DNA of 63,707 nt, the filler included. It is 9 parts of 9 records of this genome, joined end to end, with 100 filler letters (N's around TTAATTAATTAA, not from the genome) between each part and the next. Parts side by side here need not be neighbours in the genome. Positions count along the whole stretch, not along the records: positions 1 to 7,700 come from SRR31147125_51405; positions 7,801 to 16,106 come from SRR31147125_51421; 7 more parts are not named here. One strand, 5' to 3'. The notes beneath the pieces were generated by a model. It was not told the origin of the DNA. It did not search any database and saw nothing but the letters and a program-made list of their open reading frames with translations. The translations under genes and the position numbers were made by a program. Within the stretch, counting starts at the first letter, position 1. Every line of letters begins with the position of its first letter. Shown here in pieces: positions 1-9,943 of this stretch.

Positions 1-2097
1 TTTACGATCGCCTGCGGGAAATGTTTGCAGAGGGCAAATCGATCACCACATTCGGCCCGTACTCACCAGGCCAGGCCGTCACCATCAAGCGGATCGGCAT
101 CGAGGGTGTCTATCTGGGCGGCTGGGCGACATCCGCCAAAGGCTCACGCAACGAAGATCCCGGTCCTGACCTGGCCAGCTATCCCTTAAGCCAGGTCCCT
201 GATGAAGCAGCCCCGATCGTCCGCGCCCTGATGGCGGCTGACCGCAACCAGTACTTCCAGCGCCTGCACATGAGCGAAGATGAGCGCCAGCGCATCCCGG
301 AAGTGGACTACCGTCCCTTCATCGTTGCCGATGCCGATACCGGCCACGGCGGTGATGCCCATGTCCGCAACCTGATCCGGCGCTTTGTCGAGGTCGGTGT
401 TCCCGGCTACCACATCGAAGATCAGAAGCCAGGGGTCAAGAAGTGTGGTCACCAGGCGGGTAAAGTTCTGGTTCCGGTCGATGAGCAGATCAAGCGCCTC
501 AACGCTGCCCGCTTTCAGCTCGACGTTATGAACGTTCCCGGCATTATCGTCGCCCGGACCGACGCCGAAGCAGCAACCTTCCTCGATGGTCGTGGCGATG
601 AGCGGGATCACAACTTCATCCTCGGCGCAACCAACACCAATATCCCCAGCTACAAGATTGCCTTCCTGGCAATCATGCGTCAGTTCAACAATAAGGGTGT
701 CAATGCAATCAACGGCCACCTGATGTACCGCATTGCCGACGACGTCTACGCCGAAACCGACAAATGGCTCGACAAGAATGGCCTGTCCGGCGAAATTGAT
801 GCTGCCATCAAGACCATGCCGTCGCAGAGCGCAACCGACGCCAATGCCGCCCTGGATAACATCTCGACCCGTCTGCTCGAACCTGGGCAGATGGAAGCCA
901 GTATGAAAACCTACGGTGAAGCCGTCGCTGACAACATGCAATTCCAACTGGACGAAGGCGCCGAACTGAGCATGACCGTCGACGAATGGAATGCCTTCGC
1001 CGAAGGCGCCTCGCTCTCCGAAGCACAGGACAAAGCTCGCTCCATCGGCTGCAACGTTATCTGGAACTGTGACATTCGCCGCACACCAGAAGGCTACTAC
1101 CAGGTTCGCGGTGGCATCCCTTACGCGGTTGCCAAGTCTCTCGGCGTTGCTCCTTACGCTGACATCATCTGGATGGAAACCAAAACCGCCGACCTGCATG
1201 ACGCAAAAATCTTCGCCGACGCGATCCACAAGGTCTACCCGGACAAGATGCTGGCCTACAACCTGTCACCATCGTTCAACTGGGATACCACTGGCATGAG
1301 CGAAGAAGAGATGCGCCAGTTCCCGGCTGAAATCGGCAAGCTCGGCTTCGTCTTCAACTTCATCACTTACGGTGGCCACCAGGTCGACGGTCTGGCCAGC
1401 GATGAGTTCGCCCAAGCCCTGAAGGATGATGGCATGCTCGCCCTGGCACGTCTCCAGCGGAAGCTGCGTCTGATCGATTCACCCTACCGGACACCGCAAA
1501 CCTACGTCGGTGGCCCGCTCGGATGCCGGTCTTATGGCAACCTCCGGCGGCACAGCCACTACCAAAGCGATGGGCAAGGGCTCGACCCAGTTCCAGCACC
1601 TGGTCGAAACCGAGGTTCCACCATGGCGCCTGGAAGAGTGGCTCAAACAATGGACCGCTCACTACAAGCTCGATTCCAATCTGCGCGTCAAGCTGAGACC
1701 ACACACGGCCGGTTCCGAACTGCTTGAACTGACCCTGCTGGATGGCAACGACAATAAAATGGCCAACGTCATTTTTGCTGTCCTTCAGGATCGCCGCAAA
1801 CTCAACATGCTGTCGATCCGTGATCAGAACACCTTCAGCGAAGAATTCCGCCAGAAGCGTTTGATGACGCTCTGTACCCTGTTCCTGATCCATCGTTACA
1901 AGGCGATTTCGGTTCACTACGTCACACCGACCGAAGACAACCAGCGTCAGGCCGAAGGGATGCGCGGACTCGGTCTGTACAGCGAAATCAGAACTGAGAT
2001 CGGCGAGATCATCGTTGCCCTGGTCGATGACGACAACGTCAAAGGTCTGGTCAAATCGGGCAGCGAGTCCCTGTCCAAGCTGATCACCAAAAGCTAG
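1..2097 (+). CDS. aceA: Isocitrate lyase, long ICL2-type with C-terminal extension; 5'-truncated, frameshift near 1515
   Basis: Catalytic KKCGH motif plus [19 protein letters not shown] and [14 protein letters not shown] 21-1727 joins ORF 1510-2097 (…[26 protein letters not shown]…) with one shift. Confidence 0.93.
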
Positions 2098-2126
2098 AAC
2101 AGATAACTGTCGTACCGAGAAGATAG

Positions 2127-2159
2127 AAAGGGGTGCCCGTAAAAGGCGCCCCTTTTTTT
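2127..2159 (+). terminator. Rho-independent terminator after aceA
   Basis: AAAGGGGTGCC-cgtaaaa-GGCGCCCCTTT stem followed by a T-tract. Confidence 0.8.
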
Positions 2160-2293
2160 ATTTAATAAGTCATATATAGAAGAAACAATATAATAATTTT
2201 AACTATTTGTCTTTCAACAAAGGAGTGGTAAAGTTTAACAAAATTGTATTGTTGATTAAATGACTGTTACTACAAAAGCTACAAGGAGGCCCC

Positions 2294-3070
2294 ATGCGCA
2301 CTGCTCTGTTCCTGCCGCTCCTCTCTGTCCTGGCGACCCTTCTGATCATTCAACCCGGCCCTCTTGAAGCCGCCAAATCAAAAAAAAGTTACGAATATGG
2401 CGATATCGTCATGATGAATTCAAAAGCTGAAAATGGCGGTGGAGCTGTCACATTCCGCCATTGGACTCATCGGGACCGATACACCTGCCGCCTCTGTCAT
2501 GTGGACCTCGAGTTTTCCCAGATAGCTGGAGATACGGAAATTCTCGAAGAAGACAATCAATCCGGCCGCTTTTGTGGCGCCTGCCATAATGGAAGAGAAG
2601 CCTTTTCAATCAAAAGCTGCACACTTTGCCATGCAAAAGACGACGACCACTTTGCGTTGATGAGGAAAAAGGCCAAAAAGGACTTTTACGCCTTACAGAA
2701 AAAGATGCCCCGCTCCATGTACGGCAACAAGATTGATTGGATGCGTGCTGAGGATGAAGGTCTCATCACTCTGAAAGACCGGCTGCCCAACTTCCCGTCA
2801 CCCAAGAGGACTTACATCTCAAATCAGAGAGACGAGCCCTTGGAGCCGAGCCTCACAGGGCTACCGAATATCATCTTTTCACACAAGAAACATGTGACCT
2901 GGAACGGCTGCGGCATGTGTCACCCTGAGCCCTTTGAGCTGAAAAACGGAACGACTGACATCGACATGCAAAAAATCATTGATGGCAACCTGTGTGGACG
3001 CTGCCATGGAACCGTTGCTTTCCAGATCAATGACTGCGCTCTTTGCCACTCCAATCCGGTCAGTCTTTAG
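2294..3070 (+). CDS. Periplasmic hexaheme cytochrome c with two c(7)-type triheme domains
   Basis: Signal peptide, GGAGG RBS, six CxxCH motifs (CRLCH, CGACH, CTLCH, CGMCH, CGRCH, CALCH) and FxHxxH motifs before each triplet. Confidence 0.92.
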   Translation: MRTALFLPLLSVLATLLIIQPGPLEAAKSKKSYEYGDIVMMNSKAENGGGAVTFRHWTHRDRYTCRLCHVDLEFSQIAGDTEILEEDNQSGRFCGACHNGREAFSIKSCTLCHAKDDDHFALMRKKAKKDFYALQKKMPRSMYGNKIDWMRAEDEGLITLKDRLPNFPSPKRTYISNQRDEPLEPSLTGLPNIIFSHKKHVTWNGCGMCHPEPFELKNGTTDIDMQKIIDGNLCGRCHGTVAFQINDCALCHSNPVSL

Positions 3071-3078
3071 GAGTCATC

Positions 3079-3977
3079 ATGAAAACAGGGGCCTTCTTTG
3101 CCGCCACCCTGATTCTTTGTCTGTCCATTTTAAGCTGTACATTTTACATAACAGTGGATGACCCGGAAGAGGAGGCAAAGCAGGCCCGCTCCATCATCAA
3201 GAAGAAATATAAAGAAGCCCCCCTGACAAGAAACGAACTCGGTCGGCTGATCGAGATGACCGTCTACACCGGCAGAGCGGAAGACTACGGAACCCTGACC
3301 CTTGATCGTCGTGCAAGAAAGCTCGGCAGCAAACCGGTTCGTTTCTCTCACTCCCTGCACAGAAAACGCTTTACCTGCGGCGTCTGCCATACCGATTTGG
3401 AATTCAGCCTGGAACTCGATGGAACTGAAATCACTCGCAGCGACTACCTAGAAGGGCGCTACTGCGGCGCCTGCCACAACGGCAAGGTCGCTTTTGCAAC
3501 CAGCTACAGCTGCGATGCCTGCCATATCACCGCTTCGGGTCGCGACGAAAAAACACTCCGCCCGGAAGCTGAAAATGAAGGTCCCCACTCCCTAAAACAA
3601 AGTATGGAGACCATGTCAATTGGGTCCAGGCCTTTGAGAGCGGAGCGGTCCAACCGCTCAACTTTATTCCGGGCCGCGTTAAAATCGACACCAACATGCC
3701 CTTGCCGAAGCACCTGGAAAATCCGCTCTACTGGACAACCAACGCCTCTAATGTCATTGTCCGCTTCCCGCATACAGCACATACCGACTGGCTTGACTGC
3801 TCCAATTGCCACCCGGACTTGTTCACCATCAAATCGACGGGAACCGTTGAGTTCCACAAAAAAACCAACCTCTATGGGCAATTCTGTGGTGCCTGCCACA
3901 TGAACGTTGCCTTCCCCATGAATGGTTGTCATCGCTGCCATCCCGGCGTCAACAACTACACAAAAAGACATCTGTAA
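3079..3977 (+). CDS. Hexaheme c(7)-type cytochrome c, probable lipoprotein; frameshift near 3590
   Basis: ILSC lipobox-like signal. CGVCH, CGACH and CDACH lie in one frame, CSNCH, CGACH and CHRCH in ORF 3696-3977. Paralogue of the upstream gene. Confidence 0.88.
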
Positions 3978-3996
3978 ACAATCTGAAAAAGAAACA

Positions 3997-4045
3997 AAAA
4001 AAGCCCCGCAGCCAGGAGGGTAACTGCGGGGTTCATCTTTTTTTA
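3997..4045. terminator. Bidirectional terminator-like hairpin between convergent genes
   Basis: A-tract, CCCCGCAG…CTGCGGGG stem, T-tract. Confidence 0.65.
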
Positions 4046-4212
4046 AAAGGAGGATTGAAATGTTTTATCGCCAGAACGCCTGCCACAACGATCCTTTGAT
4101 GGTTGTGAGATTAGACGATCAGGACAAGAAAATAAACGTGGGCTCACGCAAAAGATTGGTAGAAAATGATTGAAATGAGACTGCGCAAATGCACAGTTGT
4201 TGACCAAAGTGG

Positions 4213-4938
4213 TCAGATAGACAGACTGATCTGCTTATCGGCGTAAAGGGCAAAGGTCTGATCGCGCCGTTGATAAAGGATCGCCTTTCGACCAACCTCA
4301 TCGACCTCACTGGCCGCAACCAGGATTGAAATACTCAAAGAAAAGTTCACCCCTTGAGGGTCATCCGGATGCAGCTCGAAACGGGTCCGGCCTCGCTCAA
4401 AGGTTAAAAATCCATCCCGCTGAATCACCTCGTGGATCCCTTCAGAGCGATCACCAACGCGGACATGCACCTCTGAAATCGACAGGCGAAAGGCAGTCAA
4501 CCCCGACATAAAAACCGGTAAAAGATTGTCTTCCTCTGTCAATCGTCCGTCGGGCTTTAAAACCGGCATTTCGGTTTTCTGGCGCAACTGCTGAAAACAG
4601 TCCTCCGTACTTTCGACAATCAGTCCCGCTTCTGCCAGAACCGTTCTGACCTGCTGACTGTCAGCCTCCAGAAGAGCCTGTTCAACCAGTTCCTGCTCGG
4701 CGGTCATATAATCAACCCGGATAAGCGTCTCCCCCTGTTTCAGTTCATCGATGAGCTTGCGCATGGCGTTGAAGCGCCGAGCCACATGCTCTTTGGAGCC
4801 ATCCTTGTGAGCTTCACGCTGACTTGGATACTCATCACGAGGCTGTTGTGGATCAATGCGAGGGTAAGCCGGTACCGGTTCGACTTCTCGATAAAGCTGA
4901 TATGCGTGTGTTCTACCAACGCGGAGATTTGTTGCCAT
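4213..4938 (-). CDS. Hypothetical protein (241 aa)
   Basis: Long ORF with protein-like composition and a GGAAGG RBS; no family recognised. Confidence 0.7.
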   Translation of the reverse strand: MATNLRVGRTHAYQLYREVEPVPAYPRIDPQQPRDEYPSQREAHKDGSKEHVARRFNAMRKLIDELKQGETLIRVDYMTAEQELVEQALLEADSQQVRTVLAEAGLIVESTEDCFQQLRQKTEMPVLKPDGRLTEEDNLLPVFMSGLTAFRLSISEVHVRVGDRSEGIHEVIQRDGFLTFERGRTRFELHPDDPQGVNFSLSISILVAASEVDEVGRKAILYQRRDQTFALYADKQISLSI

Positions 4939-5166
4939 CGGTCAATCCTTCCCTGGACTTTTTCCTGCCTGAGCCTCCATGATTCTACTATGCTCACAGT
5001 GCTTATCGGAAACAACGCTGTGAATCTTTAATTTTCACATCCGTAACCTATTGACTTAGCGATGCCTTTTATAAAAACGACCGTTTAGACGTTTGACATC
5101 CGGAGCCACAACAACTAAATTAATAAATACAAATCACTTTTCCACCCATCTTCCTGGAAGGCGAAT

Positions 5167-6405
5167 ATGACGAAGACAAAGGACCGACTCAAACTTCCCG
5201 ACCGTGGCCAGATGGATAAACTTTATCTCCAGCAGCTTCCTCTGTTTGAAAAAACCCTGCAGGAGACCTACCGCCAACTCCGCAGCCTGGTCGATAACCG
5301 TGGGCTCTCCGTCACCATTAAATACCGGGTCAAAAGAATCGACAACTATTGTGAAAAGCTTCGAAGAATCAGCAAGGTTCAGGGGAGCGACATGCTGCAG
5401 ATCACTGACTTGCTCGGCATCAGGATCATCTGCCCCTTCCTGGAAGATCTGGAGACGATTGAAAAACTGCTCTCGGACAACTTCACCATTCTTGAGATGG
5501 AGCACAAAGCGGAACAACATTCTTTTCGTGAGTTCGGCTATGACTCGGTTCACCTGCTGATCAAAACGGACGAACCACCGGGAGGATTTAAACTGCCCTA
5601 CAGCAGCCCGGCCTGTGAGATCCAACTGCGAACCATTCTTCAGGAAGCCTGGGCCGAAGTGGAGCATGAACTGGTCTACAAATCGGACATCGACATTCCC
5701 AACCACGCGATCCGACGGAAACTGGCATCCCTGAACGCATCCCTGGCCCTGTCCGACCTTATTTTCCAGGAGATCCGTGACGAGCAGAAAGAGATCAGAA
5801 AGCGCGGCCTGAAACGCAGACAGAGCGTCGAATCACTGGCGGGTGACAGCGATGACATCCACATCTCCCAGATGCCCCAACTGGATCATCAGCACCCGGC
5901 CGCAGACATGATGTTCAATGATGTGACGCCGGTGAAAAAGCTGGAACAGCTGATGCTCACAGCGCTGGATGCTCACAGCAATAACCGCTTTCATGACGCG
6001 ATTGAGCTGTACAGCACGCTCCTCAAAATGAAGCTGGAGCCAAAGATCCGTTCATTGGTCTACAACCATCGGGGCATGGCCCTGTTTGCCCTGTCTGAAT
6101 ACCAGAAGGGCGTCGAGGACTTCAGTAAGTCGATAGAGTACAACGAAGAAAATTACCGCGCCTGGAACAACCGCGGTCTGGCCTTGCGCGTTCTTGGCAA
6201 GTACGATCAATCTTTGGCCGACTACGACAAAGTCATCGAAATGGACCCGAGGGTGCTCGAAGGCTATTGGGGCCGGGCGCAAACTTGCTTTGAAATGAAG
6301 CTCTTCAGCCAGGCGCTGAAAAACTGTCAAACGGCCCTTGAACTCAACAACGATTTCCACCCCGCGAAAGAGCTTGAAAAAGCGATCCGCCAACAGATGT
6401 TTTAG
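5167..6405 (+). CDS. RelA/SpoT (ppGpp synthetase) domain protein with C-terminal TPR repeats
   Basis: RVK…EKL, DLLGIRII, GYDSVH and EIQLRTILQEAWAEVEH synthetase motifs; TPR-type YNHRG, WNNRG and YWGRA repeats. Confidence 0.9.
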   Translation: MTKTKDRLKLPDRGQMDKLYLQQLPLFEKTLQETYRQLRSLVDNRGLSVTIKYRVKRIDNYCEKLRRISKVQGSDMLQITDLLGIRIICPFLEDLETIEKLLSDNFTILEMEHKAEQHSFREFGYDSVHLLIKTDEPPGGFKLPYSSPACEIQLRTILQEAWAEVEHELVYKSDIDIPNHAIRRKLASLNASLALSDLIFQEIRDEQKEIRKRGLKRRQSVESLAGDSDDIHISQMPQLDHQHPAADMMFNDVTPVKKLEQLMLTALDAHSNNRFHDAIELYSTLLKMKLEPKIRSLVYNHRGMALFALSEYQKGVEDFSKSIEYNEENYRAWNNRGLALRVLGKYDQSLADYDKVIEMDPRVLEGYWGRAQTCFEMKLFSQALKNCQTALELNNDFHPAKELEKAIRQQMF

Positions 6406-6439
6406 CTTCAACCCGGCAACACAAAAGGCTCCGGCGGAG

Positions 6440-7513
6440 CTACTGCCGCAGGGATTCGATCCCCAGCCCCGGGGAATCCGGAAGTCGAACCTGTGCCCCG
6501 TGGTACGAGATCCCACCGACGACAGGGTTCGTCCGGCAGAACAAAGGAGCATCAAGATCAAACTGTTTCACGACAGCACGGCTGGCAGCAAAATGAGCAG
6601 CTGCGCCGACACTGAGATGTGATTCCATCATCGAGCCAACCATACAGGGGATTCCCGCGGCTTCGGCGATGGCGGCAATCTTTAACGCATTATAGATCCC
6701 GCCACATTTCATCAACTTGATGTTCAAACCGTCAACAGCGCCCATACTGACCAACTCCAGAGCGTCCTGAGGCGTAAAGATACTTTCGTCAGCCACGACC
6801 GGCATTGAGACACGCTCCCGGACATAGCGCAGAGCGGAGAAATCGCGCGCCGCAACCGGCTGCTCCATCAGCTCGATATTCAGTTGTCTCGTGCTCAGCT
6901 CCCTGCCGACCCATACGGAGTCCTTGGCGCTCCAGCCCTGATTGGCATCGATGCGGATCTTCACCTCAGCACCGACCGCATCCCGTACTGCTTGTAAGCG
7001 CACGACATCCAGTTCCGGATCTCCTCCAACTTTAACCTTCAAGATCCGAAATCCTTTCTCAACAATCGTCAGACTTTCGGCAACCATTGCCTCAGGGGTA
7101 TCGAGGCTGACAGTCCTGTCGGTTTCTATCACATTGACATTCCCGCCGAGGAGGCGATAAAGCGGCACCGCCATCGATTTGGCAAGCAGGTCGTAGATCG
7201 CCATATCGACAGCGGCCTTGGCGGAACCATTGCCGATGATGCAGTGATTGAGTCGCTGAAAAACCTGCTCGGAATCTTCCAACGCCATCCCGACAAGGTG
7301 GTCGCGAATATGCTCAATCCCACCGACAATTGACACCAGGGTCTCACCGGTAATGGCCGCTGTCGGAGCGGCCCCTCCATAGCCGACCAGTGAGGAATCG
7401 GTGACCACCCGGACCATGATATTCTCGATTTGGGTCACCCTGCGCAAAGCGGTTTTGAACGGGGTCACCAAAGGGATATTCACCGTATCAATCTGGATGT
7501 CTTTAATCTTCAT
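6440..7513 (-). CDS. L-Ala-D/L-Glu dipeptide epimerase (enolase superfamily)
   Basis: PFKTALR, KVKVG, DANQGW, EQP, ADES, NIKLMKCGG and DLD motifs. Confidence 0.92.
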   Translation of the reverse strand: MKIKDIQIDTVNIPLVTPFKTALRRVTQIENIMVRVVTDSSLVGYGGAAPTAAITGETLVSIVGGIEHIRDHLVGMALEDSEQVFQRLNHCIIGNGSAKAAVDMAIYDLLAKSMAVPLYRLLGGNVNVIETDRTVSLDTPEAMVAESLTIVEKGFRILKVKVGGDPELDVVRLQAVRDAVGAEVKIRIDANQGWSAKDSVWVGRELSTRQLNIELMEQPVAARDFSALRYVRERVSMPVVADESIFTPQDALELVSMGAVDGLNIKLMKCGGIYNALKIAAIAEAAGIPCMVGSMMESHLSVGAAAHFAASRAVVKQFDLDAPLFCRTNPVVGGISYHGAQVRLPDSPGLGIESLRQ

Positions 7514-7700
7514 GCGCTTTCCTCAGTTTTGACAGTTGGGTCGAGCAACTGTGCATATCATAGCAGGCACCAGGCACCCGGTGGCAGACATTTAGTTGAC
7601 ACCCGGAAAGTCCGGCAACCAGAGAACACGTTTTCAAATTGGAAACGAGTAATTTTTCGTTGTAGCAAGTAAATCAAGGGCTTGCGCGGAGGCGTAGTGC

Positions 7701-7800
7701 NNNNNNNNNNNNNNNNNNNNNNNNNNNNNNNNNNNNNNNNNNNNTTAATTAATTAANNNNNNNNNNNNNNNNNNNNNNNNNNNNNNNNNNNNNNNNNNNN
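7701..7800. other. Artificial contig linker (also at 16107-16206, 24420-24519, 31194-31293, 36487-36586, 43955-44054, 50328-50427, 58210-58309)
   Basis: N44-TTAATTAATTAA-N44 with stops in all six frames; GC content and gene content change abruptly at each one. Confidence 0.99.
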
Positions 7801-8239
7801 TTTTTGCTTCATCATGATTAGCGTAGACGATTGTACGGCTCTGTGACCACGGCAGTTTTATGGCTTGGTCGGTCGCGGTCAGTTTACCTTCGCGGGGGAG
7901 GGAAGCCTGGCGTCCGGGATACTGCAGCTGTACGGCACATTTAGCACCATATTTCTGCATGCTTTCGGCCAGTCGTGCGAATCCCGGAATATGGGAATCG
8001 GTATCGATGGAGAGTCCGGTTACCGTGGAACGTCCCGTTTTCAAATTGGGCGAGGTTGCTCCGACAATAATGAGACCGGTTCCGCCCTTGGCGATCATGC
8101 TGTGGTGGTGGATATCGCGATCGCTTACCGAACCATCGACATTTGATGAACTTACATCGGTCGGGACATGACATATCCTATTGGGGATTATCATATTGCC
8201 TATCTTTATTGGTTTGAAAAGATGTGAGAATGCTGACAT
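7801..8239 (-). CDS. NADH:flavin oxidoreductase (old yellow enzyme family), 3'-truncated
   Basis: LFKPIKIGNMIIPNRI…AKGGTGLIIVG…QLQYPGRQ N-terminal OYE pattern. Confidence 0.85.
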
Positions 8240-8542
8240 TGTCTTCCTCCTGATGGTTTGCTGAATGCGGAATATTCCTGACTTAATCAGTAATATATTA
8301 GTTCAGATGAGTTCTTACTCAGGTATACATAGTTAATCAGATGTTGCCGCATATCGTCTTTTATTGTATCATATCACACAGAAAACGCCAGCAAATAATA
8401 ACAAAAAGCAGTTAACAGTAATAATTATAGATAAACACTAAAAAGTTTGACAAACCAACTTTGGGGATTTACAATGATTAAAACGGGCAAATTAAGCATG
8501 AGAACTGCATTTATCCGTAAAAAATCTATTTGGGGGTCAATT

Positions 8543-9556
8543 GTGAAAAAGCTACTGTTGTTATTAGTTGTGTTAATCATGGCTACATCAGCAATCTTCT
8601 CGGCTGCGGAAGCTGAAGATGAGGAACTTACTGTAGGGTATGTAATCCCCTACGAAATCGGCTGGTTTGCGGCTTTCGTTCAAGGATTTGAACTGGTTGC
8701 TGAATCTGAAGGGGTAAAGACAACTCGTCTGCACCACAACTACAATCCTGCCGAAGAAACTACGGCTGTTGAAAACCTGATTGCTCAGGGTGTTGACGGT
8801 ATTAACGTTACTTCAGCAAGTCCGACAAGTGCAGAATATTCCTGCCGACTGGCCAATGAAGCTGATATTCCTATCCAGGTAACTGAATCTGGTGTTGCAG
8901 AAGGTTCTGGCAAACCTTTCGCTGATATCGACTTCAACTGGAATCAGATTTATCGTTATATAGCAGAGAACCTGAGAGGCGATGTCGATGGCGATCTTTC
9001 CATCATCAACCTGCAGGGATTCCTGGGAACTCCTCCTGTAATGCAGGGAATCGCGGGATTTACCGCAGCAATTGAAAGTACAGCCGGTATGGCACTTGCC
9101 ACCGACGTACAGGATGGACAGTATGCTACCGCTCCTTCACTCGATATTACCAAAGCTCTGGTACAGGGTGGAATCGAATTCAACGTAGCAGTTGGTTCCT
9201 GTCAGGAAATTACCGAAGGTATTATCCAGGGGCTGAAAGAAGAAAACGTTGCAAGAGAAGACGTAACAATCGTTTCCGTAAATGGCGGACCGATGGATGT
9301 TGAAAACCTGAAGAAAGGCAACATCGACTACGTTCTGAGCCAGTCACCTGCCGTACACGGCATGATCTGTGCGCTGAACCTGATCTCTTACCTGAAGGGC
9401 GAAACCTATCAGGTTAAGACCTACTCACCGGTAATCTGGGTGAACCAGGATACATGGCAGACCGATCTCATTCCTTGGGATGTAGACAACAGCTGGCTGC
9501 CGGTAGTTGAAGAATTTGTAAAAACCGGAGAATACAAACCCGAACTCAGAATGTAA
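8543..9556 (+). CDS. Sugar ABC transporter substrate-binding protein (RbsB-like)
   Basis: Probable GTG start at 8543 gives a signal peptide (VKKLLLLLVVLIMATSAIFSAAEA). ENLIAQGVDGI pattern; lies upstream of the ATPase and permease. Confidence 0.85.
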   Translation: MKKLLLLLVVLIMATSAIFSAAEAEDEELTVGYVIPYEIGWFAAFVQGFELVAESEGVKTTRLHHNYNPAEETTAVENLIAQGVDGINVTSASPTSAEYSCRLANEADIPIQVTESGVAEGSGKPFADIDFNWNQIYRYIAENLRGDVDGDLSIINLQGFLGTPPVMQGIAGFTAAIESTAGMALATDVQDGQYATAPSLDITKALVQGGIEFNVAVGSCQEITEGIIQGLKEENVAREDVTIVSVNGGPMDVENLKKGNIDYVLSQSPAVHGMICALNLISYLKGETYQVKTYSPVIWVNQDTWQTDLIPWDVDNSWLPVVEEFVKTGEYKPELRM

Positions 9557-9644
9557 CAGCTGAGAAATCCGAACCGCTTCAGCCATTTGAAGGTTGGCGG
9601 TTCGGTATTGTGAAAAGAACTATTTCGACGGTTTTTCGGCTGTG

Positions 9645-9768
9645 ACTGCAGATGCCTGCACATAATTGCAGATGCTGGCAGATGCCTACTATGCCTGCCA
9701 TGCCTGCAGATACCAGTAGATGATTGCATATGCTGCACATGACTGCACATGCTGCAGATACCTGCACG
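9645..9768. repeat. Degenerate ~10-11-bp tandem repeat, consensus roughly CTGCAGATGC, intergenic
   Basis: About 12 units such as ctgcagatgc, ctgcacataa, ttgcagatgc, ctgcagatac and ctgcacatga. Confidence 0.75.
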
Positions 9769-9943
9769 GTTTGGAAAATCGTCACGGAAATTGTGCCCGA
9801 CTATTCGTATGCGTGTCAGAGGAAATCAGATGACTCGTACGCGGCAGGTCGAGGCGCAGTGCAAGGTCTCCTTCCGGAGATTAGTCTCCTCATGGAGACC
9901 CGGTCTCCCGCGGGAGGCCTTTTACATAAAGAGGGGTATCGTA

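Noticed and set aside
6445-6495. tRNA-like fragment (GGGATTCGATCCCC)
   Set aside because: Lies within the epimerase 3' end; no cloverleaf or acceptor stem.
7701-7800. Recurring TTAATTAATTAA motif within N-runs (8 copies)
   Set aside because: Artificial concatenation linker; ORFs ending in X…LIN are artefacts, and genes across linkers are not neighbours.
9645-9768. CRISPR array, here or at 37277-37350 and 55593-55826
   Set aside because: No constant 23-47-nt repeat with unique spacers, and no cas genes anywhere in the window.
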